In this document: piece by piece, positions 24,921-34,896 of the stretch
How positions within the stretch are numbered: position 1 is the first letter of the stretch
Layout: each line of letters starts with the position of its first letter
Origin: Eledone cirrhosa
Taxonomy: Eukaryota
Length of the DNA: 64,000 bases
Direction: 5' to 3'
Assembly (NCBI GenBank): GCA_964016885.1
Contig: CAXHJY010000264.1
Location: 248,001-312,000, forward strand
Program-made: the position numbers and the translations under genes
Notes under the pieces: model-generated
The model's database searches: none
What the model saw: the letters and a program-made list of their open reading frames with translations, nothing else
Told to the model about the DNA's origin: nothing

Positions 24921-26744
24921 AAGACACATCTAATATTACAGTTCATATATGCATTGTGGTGGCTTTCAAACAGATTTTCTAATAAATTATATTTGATTAA
25001 TTTCTTCTTAAATTGTTTTTATACAATAAAAAAAAACTAAATATTTATATTTTTTCTTTTCTTAATTTAAAAATATATTAAAAAAAGGTTTAAATACTAT
25101 AAAAATATTTTCAGTGATATTGAATAGAAGAATATAAATGGAAATAGCTATAGTTTCAGTACATTTTAATGTTATTTACAACATTTAAAGATGCGTGAGG
25201 GGGGGCATTGAAACACTGTAACATACATACATGTGCGAGTGTGTGTATATTATATACACACATATATAAGTAAGTATGTATATATACACACACACACACA
25301 CATAGAAGTTAAGTAAATAGTATACAATAAAACCAGCCCATGCTCGAACAATATACATAATGGCGTGGTATAGAGGAGCTAAAGTGTGGAAGACATCAAC
25401 TGGATGTACATCAGTCCATTCAGTAGGAAACTTACTTTGCAATCATGTGGTTCTGAGTTCAATTTTAGACAATTAGGAAAGTTAAAAAAAAAAAAAATAA
25501 ATATCCTGTAATGATTTAGCAGAAATTATCCAAAACAGGTTTGTTAATTCAAATATTTATATTATTTTTACTAGTAGAACATGTGTTGTGAAAATTTGCA
25601 TTATTAGACTAAAGTCTTTAATTTCTAATGTGCTGTTTTGTAGTTTACCAAAACATCTTGTGGTTTTATGTAGTACAGGATATTTAGAGTTAATGTAACT
25701 GAACTTGGGTAGATGGAAGGCTGCTGTAAGGGCTGTTTTTGTTCTTAGGCAGTGGACTTAATACAATGCTCTGTATAACAATACTATTGAGGTGTGTATC
25801 AAGTTTACATTAGTTACACCATATCTCTGCAATGTTGTGACTAAAAGGGTTGCTTCCTGGAACGGTGGCTGTAAAACATTACCTCAAAAAGAATCCCACG
25901 GTGAGATAAGTTGACAACCGATATAGATAAACTGGCAATGACATGTTGAGTCTTTCATTGAGCAGTAGATATTAGACTTAATAACAGATTTACCTCACCA
26001 CATTCTAATACAACAATAATAGCAACAACCATTTTAAGTCCATTTTACGTTAAAGCAAGGATTACCCTTACATGTCCCATGAAAAACTGTCCATTTTGCC
26101 ATAACCTCTAGACCAGCCTCCACAAATCCTAGACATTTCTTTCCTTCCCCACCATCTTTACTCATGTTTTCCCTTGTCTTCCTCTTCCTCTACTTCCTTC
26201 CACATTCATCTCCATCACTGCTCTAACCTAGTCACTTTCATCTTTATTTATCACACGTGTATTCAGTTTTGAAAGGAATAGGTACACCATTCCTTAGTGT
26301 TTCAAAAGAGAAAAGGTATCCCACCATAAAACATTGCCTCAAAAAGTACCCCATGGTGGGTATAATACCTTTAATTAAATAGAATTAAACAAAATAAGAT
26401 GTTAATAATTATAGTTGAGACTTCATATATGACATTAATAGCACCAAATATTGAATAACAAAATTGAGAAATCCTACCACCAACCCCACCATCTCCAAAT
26501 TAAGTTTACAAATCAATAACATTGAAATTAATTTCAAAAGCTTGTCTTTGCTACTGATTGTTCACCACTCCATTGTTCAATATTCCTTCTTAGTGAAATA
26601 TACACATCTACCCCACCACCACTCATGTTTCTTTGGCAACCAGTTACCACTTAATATTCTCAACTAATGCTGACCACCATATGTAATCATCTCTTCTCAT
26701 TTCCCAACTCAATTTTTGAAATCCAACAGTTGAAACTTCAGAAT

Positions 26745-27555
26745 ACAGGCTCTAGATGTATCTCTTCTCATTTGGTACACACACAGCACTAATATCAAGA
26801 AGTCTTCCTGTGAACGTGACCTGGGCATTACGGTCAGCAGCGATTTGCGTTGGACGAAGCACGTCTCTAAAATTGTCAAGAGGGCCGAGGGTGTCTTAGC
26901 ATCACTCAGCAAGACCTTTGTCAGCCGCTCTCCAGCTATCCATTTAAAGCTGTATACAGCTATGGCGCGACCACACTTAGAATTTGCATCACCAGTCTGT
27001 AACCCCTATCTTGCTCAGAACATTGACTGCCTGGAAACTGTTCAGTGACGTGCAACCAAGTGAATACCCTCCATCAGACACCTACCATACTCTGAACGCC
27101 TTGCTTCCCTGGGCATGGATTCATTGAAGCTCTGACGCCTGGCAACTGACTTGGTAAACACCCACAAAATTATTAACCATCTTGCCAACAACAACCCTGA
27201 GTACCTTTTTGATTTCCATATGTCTAACACACGTGGACATGCCCACAAAGTCAGAAAACAGCACAGCTCCCATGACTTTCGGAAACATTTTTTCACGCTC
27301 AGAGTTGCTGAAGCATGGAACAAACTACCTGCATCAGTTGTTAGCTGTCGAGACACTGCAACCTTTAAGGCCTCCATGCTTCCCGAGATCCGCCAACACT
27401 ATAGCTAATGTTCCCCCTCCATACACATACACACATGTATACCATGACTCATACACTATTCACTTCCCTGACATTTGTGTATTATTCTATATACTATACA
27501 TGCACCTTTGACAAGTTGTAGTGCACCTGAGCACTTTACACAATAATTTCATTAT
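26745..27555 (+). mobile_element. CR1-clade LINE 3' fragment (ORF2 C-terminus and 3' UTR)
   Basis: Motifs ERDLGITVSSDLRWTKHV, LYTAMARPHLEFASPVCNPY, LETVQ*RATK, TRGH and FFTLRVAEAWNKLP are typical of CR1 ORF2. Several CGA>TGA-type stops are present. Confidence 0.9.
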
Positions 27556-30193
27556 ATTTATTTTATATATACAGACAGACTGACACACACAGACACATAT
27601 ATATACACAGACACACACACACATACATACACACACATATACACAGAGTTATAAAAGCTTATTGACACAAACACAAACAAAAACTAACATCAACGATACA
27701 CTTATGAAACACCATCTACACACATAACACTACAAATGTTAGACCCAGACCTTCCACCTTTGCCCCCAGCACCATACCTGTCCACCTCCCCTTCCTCTCC
27801 CTGCTGAAGGACTAACATTTGATACATTAAAACATTCATTTTCTTTTTCCAACAAGTACAAAATTAATAATCCTTTGTGTTATTGTATCTGTGTTTGACT
27901 TATTTATCTTGAACTTTACACACACACATACACACAAGTAAATATGAAGAGAATGTTATGGAAATGTAGAACCATGTTTTCGTATTTACTTAAATAACAA
28001 TATTCCATTGAATAGTAGTCGATGTGATACTAGATATTATTTAGATGGGTACATGTGATGTGAAGTGCTTTAGCCTGGTTACACCATAGTATGTTGATTG
28101 TAGTGAAAAAAATTCAACACTGATAATCAACTAACATAAAAATAGTTTTGCAGCCTGAATGAATGTGGTGAGAGGGAAACATTTCAATAAACTTAGGTAA
28201 TGCACTATCCCGACACTGACAAGTCTGAAACTCCCTTTAATGGTGACCACAATGTTAAAATTGAAATTCCATTTAGTGATGTTTAGGTAATGGGAAACAA
28301 GTAAGGGAATGAACTCTTATAGTCTGAGCAGATCCAAGTCTTTTAGAACAATCTAAGACAATGTAGTGGAAGTGGATGTTGTTCATAAGGCAACTGGATG
28401 GAAGCAATAAACATGTTTCAATCTAATTGGATCTCCTCGACAAACCAGGTTGGCTTAGTTAGAATGGACAGATAAATAGCTTTCTTGCCAATATATCACT
28501 TAAAAACATGATCACTCACAAATAAGACATGTTTATATATATGCTTAGATAAACACAAACACACACATATATATACATATATAACTTTGGATAGATTCCC
28601 AATGGGTATCGGGAGGTAACCACGGTTTAAAAAGGTACTCAATATGTTGACACAGTATAGGAATCTTTATTTTATATAGAAATGACTTCTATGGGACTAG
28701 AAATGTTTCATTTGTATGAAATCATCAAGTTCTGATAATATATATATATACACACACACATAAAAATATATCATCATCATCATTTAATATCTATTTTCCA
28801 AGCTAGCACATATATATATGTGTGCGTATGCCAACAAAAAGCAGATACCTGTATTTTATCAGATATCTATATTTGTATACACACAACCCCGCTTCTAGGC
28901 CATCAAGGTTCATATACTGCAGCTGTGTGTCTACTGTAATTATACTAATCCTAATTCTATTTTTAATTCTAACCTTAACTCTCACACATCTCTAGCTTCA
29001 CCTAATTTAACAATAAAACACAAATGTTTATGGGTTTTAAACATGTTTTATCTTTTTATTTAATTATTTGTCCTAATTTCTTCCTTTCAGCTCCCTATAG
29101 TTCACTTATGTAACACTGACCTGAACTGCATCTAACTATGACTAAATAACTACACACACATGTCTGTGTGGGTGTATGTATATATACACACATTTATATA
29201 TATGTGTGTATGTCTGTATATGTACACACACACACACACACACACGTGTGTTCGCATGTGTATATATATATATACACACACACTCACATATACATTATAG
29301 CAATAGCAGTTAAATCTACTTCAAATCACACACGACCATTTTTTAATGAAGAACACATTAGGTGATGTAATCTAGGATGCATTATGCTTAGGAAGAAAAA
29401 AACAGGATTGTCATGGTCAGAGTGCCTTTGTGTGTGTAAGGGTAAATATTTAGGACTCTTTCGGTGTATCATAAACATGAGAATCTCCCTAGTGAGGGTG
29501 TTGCCATCAAATATACCTGATGTGGAGGGAATGTAAGACATACCTCACCTCTGATGTGCCTGAAAGGTAAGAAGAACCCATTTAATTCATACTTGCAGGG
29601 AAAATGGACATTAAATGATGATCATTGGCTATACACTAATATGATTGTTGTTTAACTGCAGGTCAGCCCTTTTAAGGAAAACCTATAATCAAAGGCATTC
29701 CAACAGTGACACTACTCCATTCATCTAATGTGCAGGGAACCCAAGACCAAATAATAAGTCCTTTCCTAAAACAATGGGGCTGTGATTTGAGAAATATTTG
29801 GCAGCTATTTCTAGCAAGTTCAGTGACCATATAGAGGCTTCGTTGTCGGTGCCAGAAATGATATTACAAAATGATGATGAAGTGAAAATAGCTACAAACA
29901 AGTTGAAACAAAGCCAAAACTTCTTTTGCTGAAAACATATCTTTATACTATAAATTATAGTACTTATATGTACATGTGTGAGTGTATGTACATATATGTA
30001 TGTGTGCATTATATACACTGAGCATTTTGATGGTACAGACACATTATATATATACATATATATATATGAGAAAAGGTAACGTGCCGAAAAGGCTGAGCTT
30101 GCAGTAAATCCTCTACTTCCACAAATATATCTATATACATATATAGACACACACACATATATATTCATTCATAAATTCAATTCAATTCTTTAG

Positions 30194-30199
30194 TTTATT
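30194..30199 (-). promoter_or_regulatory. Candidate polyadenylation signal for the host exon
   Basis: AATAAA on the minus strand about 280 nt after the stop, followed by GT/T-rich sequence. Confidence 0.35.
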
Positions 30200-30477
30200 C
30201 TGCAAGAAAAAACTCATTAGTCAATATACAAACATACAGACAGATTATGACAAATATTATTTACAAAAAATCTCAAATCTCGGAGTCAGTTATTTTAACA
30301 AATTAATATTTTGTGCAACAATTTTAAAGCAGTATTTTTTTTTTCATTTTAAATAAAAATTAAAAGTATAAACAAAACAAAACAAACAAAAACACCCCCA
30401 AAGAATAAAAAAAATTCCCTTATTCAACTCTGAAGTAAAAAAAAATTAAATCCAAATGTGAATTTGATAAAAAAAAA

Positions 30478-30732
30478 TTAGCTTAACGAAGATTCTACAG
30501 ACTGTTCATCATTAACTCTTTCTTCCACCTCCTCCTCCTTCTCCTCATCTTTTTTATCACAATCAACTGAACTAGTTTTTATGGCGTTATGATCTGAAGG
30601 AAAGTCTTCTACATTGCACAGTGGAACATCGGTTTTGTCTTTAGCAGCGTCGTCCAATTTTTGGTTTAGTGATGCCTGGAACTTCATGGCATGTTGTATT
30701 ACTCTTTTTATTCCAACCATCCACTGGTTGAC
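30478..30732 (-). CDS. Probable terminal coding exon of an unidentified host gene (84 aa, VNQWMVGIKRVIQHAMKF...EQSVESSLS*)
   Basis: Minus-strand acceptor ctttatttctatgttacAG|GTC at 30733/30732, phase 0. The peptide is non-repetitive with an acidic tail and ends at TAA. A T-rich 3' UTR follows, with AATAAA at 30199-30194. Confidence 0.65.
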   Translation of the reverse strand, partial: VNQWMVGIKRVIQHAMKFQASLNQKLDDAAKDKTDVPLCNVEDFPSDHNAIKTSSVDCDKKDEEKEEEVEERVNDEQSVESSLS

Positions 30733-30769
30733 CTGTAACATAGAAATAAAGATGTTATATTTCAAAGAA

Positions 30770-31033
30770 AATACACCCAGTACACTCTGTAAAGTGGTAG
30801 TGTTGGTGTCATGATAAAATACACCCAGTACACTCTGTAAAGTGGTAGTGTTGGTGTCATGATATAATACACCCAGTACACTCTGTAATGTGGTGGTCTT
30901 AGTGTCATGATATAATACACCCAGTACACTCTGTAAAGTGGTAGTGTTGGTGTCATGATAATATATACTCAGTACACTCTGTAAAGTGGTAGTGTTGGTG
31001 TCATGATATAATACACCCATTACACTCTGTAAA
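30770..31033 (+). repeat. 48-bp minisatellite (about 5.5 copies) inside an RTE 3' UTR relic
   Basis: Unit atacacccagtacactctgtaaagtggtagtgttggtgtcatgat(a/t)a. It is followed by RTE-tail-like ttaggatgaacatccagc...aacccatg...gtggaaaa...gatgat up to about 31180. Confidence 0.9.
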
Positions 31034-31465
31034 ACAGAACCATTAGGATGAACATCCAGCCAAAAAAACTATGTCACCGTGAAATGTTAAGCAGATGTGT
31101 CTCATCTTAGAATGTGATAATCCAGCCAACCCATGTCAATGTGGAAAAGAAATCTGTGAAGGTGATGATCATAATGATGATAAAGAAAAATAGCAAAGGA
31201 GCCAATCATGAGAGCAGACAATATATATATATATATTTGTTTTGCGAGGTTTTTGATATGAAATCGTGTGTCGAAACAAATATTGTTATACTTGGGGAGG
31301 GTCATATTTGTGTAATAATATTGGCAGAATTAACAACAGAACACACTCACTGTTTGGTTGGTTTTCGCTTCTGTATCTTTTATATCTCCATAGTTAATTT
31401 ATTTGGCAATCAATGTTTATCACTGACTGACCAACGGTCAAAAATACAGATATATATATATATAT

Positions 31466-31519
31466 ATAGTCTAACAAAGTTCTTTCGTTGCACATCTGCA
31501 ACATCATCAATGGTACTAT
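31466..31519 (-). ncRNA. Second hammerhead copy in the inverted arm, with the core mutated to TTGATGA
   Basis: Reverse complement of 34648-34701 with C>T at the first core position (31510). Confidence 0.65.
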
Positions 31520-32393
31520 TATGTTCCTCCTGTTGTATTGTATATCTACACCATCTTTATTTTATCTATTTATTTATTTTTGTCTCCATCTCTGCACATG
31601 CGTTTGCGTGTGTGTATAATGTTTGGTGTTCGCGTTTGCGTGTGTGTATAGTGTTTGGTGTGTGTGTTCGCGCTTGGGTGTATGTGTTTTGGTTATTGAA
31701 TTCTATCTTAGTTTATATGTGTTTGTTGTTATTGTACTTGTGTACATATTTATTTATTTATACTTCTCTTAGGTCAGTGTTGATGTTTGGGTGTTGTTAT
31801 TCCATTCATTTTTTCTGTTTAGCCTTGGCTTCTAAGTTCTATTTCACTTACTTCTCTGATTTGCCTACCTGTTGGGTCATTTCTATGTTTAGATATTATT
31901 CTAATTTCTATGTTGTCTATGTTACCATCATGTTGTTGTCTAGCATGTTCCTATAGTAATGAACCGTTTTTTCGTCCTTTGAGTTCCCCCCAGTGTTGGT
32001 GTATCCTTTCACCTATGCTATGAGCTGTCTCGCCTATGTATGTTGTCATGTTTCTGCAAGTACCCTCTGTACATCTTATGCTATAGACTACGTTTCTAGT
32101 TTTACAGTTTATCCGGGGGTTTACTTTACATATGATACATTTCCTATTAGTACAGTGGGTTTTCTTAAAAGGGTAGGTTTTGCTGATCAGGGATTTTATG
32201 GTGGTTCCTGGCTTTTCTACCACCTTAATTTTTAAGTGGGTCTTTCTCAGGGCCTTTCTACACTGGTTAGCTAATTTCCCTCCAGGGGTAGCGTCCACGA
32301 ACATGACACTCTGGTATCTCTGGTTGTCGTACCATGAGGTGGCTTTCCCTATCTTATGTTTAGTCCTATCTAAGCTATTCCATGATTTTCTCC

Positions 32394-34582
32394 AACAACT
32401 TGGAAGGAAACTTGTAGAAGGCCTAGTTAGCCTCAATCACCACACAAGGGATGGTGAGGTAGTATGTCTACCCACAGATAAATCTGGTAGGATGTCTATA
32501 GACAGTATGCCGAACTATATCAGGCTATGCAACCTCACATCACCAACACGAGTGAAATTACAGAACAAACACATGAGGAGAGAGAGAAGACCCTCAACGC
32601 TCACATGATGATGTGGACTGACATCTTAAAGCCAAGAAGACGCACTGCCAACAACTTGCAGGCATCTATCAATGGTATACCACCCTTGTATGGGCTCCGC
32701 AAAGACCATAAGACAGTCAATGACCCGACAACAGGACCACCAACAAGACCTGTATGCGGAGCCAATATTGCTAGCAACTACAGGATCTCCTACTTCCTCT
32801 CAATAGTTATACGCCCCATAATCAAGATGTCCCCAGATGTATGTGACAGTACAGAGGACCTCCTCAGCAGAATCAATGAATGCAACAAAAACAGGAACCT
32901 ATCTAACTGCATAATAGGCAGTATGGACATGGTGTCACTGTACCCATCCATTAACATTGATTTTGCTGTGGAAAAATGTGTGGAGATGTTCAGTGAGAGT
33001 GAGGTGGAGTTCTGCGACGTCGACACAGACGAACTGGACCTCCTACTTAGATTTACTTATGATACCGAATAACTAGACAGCCATGACCTTAGACGTTTCT
33101 GCCCCAGTAGACCCATAAGAGGTAGACCATCCACCATAACCTCAATGGCAAAAAAGACTCCCATGGGAAGGTGCATTGGGTGGACCAAAGTTATACGGAC
33201 TCCGCAAAACAATGATCAGGTGAGAAAAATGGTCGCGCATACAATAGGGCGTAGTATCAAAACTACCCTAAAGGGCCATATATTCAAATTCAATGAAAAG
33301 ATCTACAGTCAAAATGAGGGAGCAGCCATTGGCGTCAGCATAGCTGGTGATGTTGCCAACCTTTTTATGGTATGGTGGGAAAGGAGACTCAAATATTTCC
33401 TTGATGAGAGCTCCATAGACCTCATCATGTACTCTCGTTATGTAGACGATATCAATATAGTTATAAGAACATCCCCACTAGAGAGGACTAACAAGTTTGA
33501 TTTAGAACGTAGCACAATGGAAAGCATCCAGCAGATAGCTAATTCCATACACCAGAGTATAACTGTAACTATTGATTACCCTTCCAAACACCCTAACAAT
33601 AGACTACCTGTATTAGACACGGAACTCTGGATTAACACCATAGACGAGAGAGCCCAAATCCTCCACTCACACTATGCTAAACCCATGGCCTCCAAATACC
33701 TGATACTCAAAAACTCAGCAATGTCCAGTAGTGCTAAGTTTAATATTCTGATCGCAGATTTGGTACGAGTGATGAAGAATGTGTCCCGCATGTGTGACCC
33801 AACAGAAATGGAAAGACACGTACAACACTTCATCAACTGCATGCAGTTCTCTGGCTACAACCAAAGAGACAGAGTCAGAGTATACGAAGGAGCCACGGAG
33901 AAGTATAAGACCCTCATAGAACTGGACATGAAAGGAATTTGCCCATTATACAGGAGCAAATCATGGAATAGCTTAGATAGGACTAAACATAAGATAGGGA
34001 AAGCCACCTCATGGTACGACAACCAGAGATACCAGAGTGTCATGTTTGTGGACGCTACCCCTGGAGGGAAATTAGCTAACCAGTGTAGAAAGGCCCTAAG
34101 AAAGACCCACTTAAAGATTAAAGTGGTAGAAAAGCCAGGAACTACCATCAAATCCCTGATCAGCAAAACCTACCCTTTTAAGAAAACCCACTGTACTAAT
34201 AGGAAATGTATCATATGTAAGGTGAACCCCCGGATAAACTGTAAAACTAGAAATGTAGTCTATAGCATAAGATGTACAGAGGGTACTTGCAGAAACATGA
34301 CAAGAACATACATAGGCGAGACAGCTCGTAGCATAGGTAAAAGGATAGACCAACACTGGGGGGGAACTCAATGGACGAAAAAACGGTTCAGTACTATACG
34401 AACATGCTAGACAACAACACAACGGTAACATAGACAACATAGAAATTAGAATAATATCTAAACATAGAAATGACCCAACAGGTAGGCAAATCAGAGAAGC
34501 CAGTGAAATAGAACTTAGAAGGCCAAAGCTAAACAGAAAAAATGAATGGAATAACAACACCCAAACATCAACACTGACCTAA
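32394..34582 (+). pseudogene. PLE reverse transcriptase / GIY-YIG endonuclease ORF with 3 lesions
   Basis: Motifs TDKSG, LYGLRKDHK, TRPV, SMDMVSLYPSI, QNEGAAIG, RYVDD, LPVLD, a Cys-rich linker, VVY...YIGET..S...R..QH and, after the frameshift, EH...H...REASEI...PKLN ending at TAA 34582. Lesions are a frameshift near 32525, TAA at 33070 and a +1 G at about 34358-34364. Confidence 0.93.
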
Positions 34583-34647
34583 GAGAAGTATAAATAAAAA
34601 TGGCATAAACATTACAATACATACAATACAGCAGGGGAAACATGATA

Positions 34648-34701
34648 ATAGTACCACTGATGATGTTGCAGATGTGCAACGAAAGAACTTTGTTAGACTA
34701 T
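34648..34701 (+). ncRNA. Minimal type I hammerhead ribozyme motif in the PLE pLTR
   Basis: ATAGT-ACCA-CTGATGA-T-GTTGCA-gatg-TGCAAC-GAAA-GAAC-TT-TGTT-ag-ACTAT. The core boxes are intact, stem II is a perfect 6 bp, stem III is minimal and stem I is imperfect. Confidence 0.75.
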
Positions 34702-34896
34702 ATATATATGTATTTATATCTGTATTTTTGACCGTTGGTCAGTCAATGATAAACATTGATTGCCAAATGAATTAACTATGGAGATATAAAAGATACAGAA
34801 GCGAAAACCAACCAAACAGTGAGTGTGTTCTGTTGTTATTTCTGGCAATATTACAACAATATGACCCTCCCCAAGTATATATATATATATATATAA

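Larger units (their letters stand above)
31287..34879 (+). mobile_element. Penelope-like retroelement, 5'-truncated, with an inverted duplication of its 3' end
   Basis: 31287-32393 is the reverse complement of 33953-34879. An RT plus GIY-YIG ORF lies between and within the arms. (TA)n is present on both flanks. Confidence 0.95.

Noticed and set aside
30733-31020. N-terminal 16-aa repeats of the 180-aa ORF
   Set aside because: They come from the 48-bp minisatellite upstream of a clear splice acceptor, so they are intronic.
31114-31956. 280-aa hydrophobic ORF
   Set aside because: It is an antisense reading of the AT-rich inverted PLE arm and microsatellites.
32394-34650. Selenoprotein-type PLE (UGA recoding and SECIS as reported for some Naiads)
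   Set aside because: The only in-frame internal stop is TAA, the Cys positions are ordinary Cys codons, and no convincing SECIS is visible.
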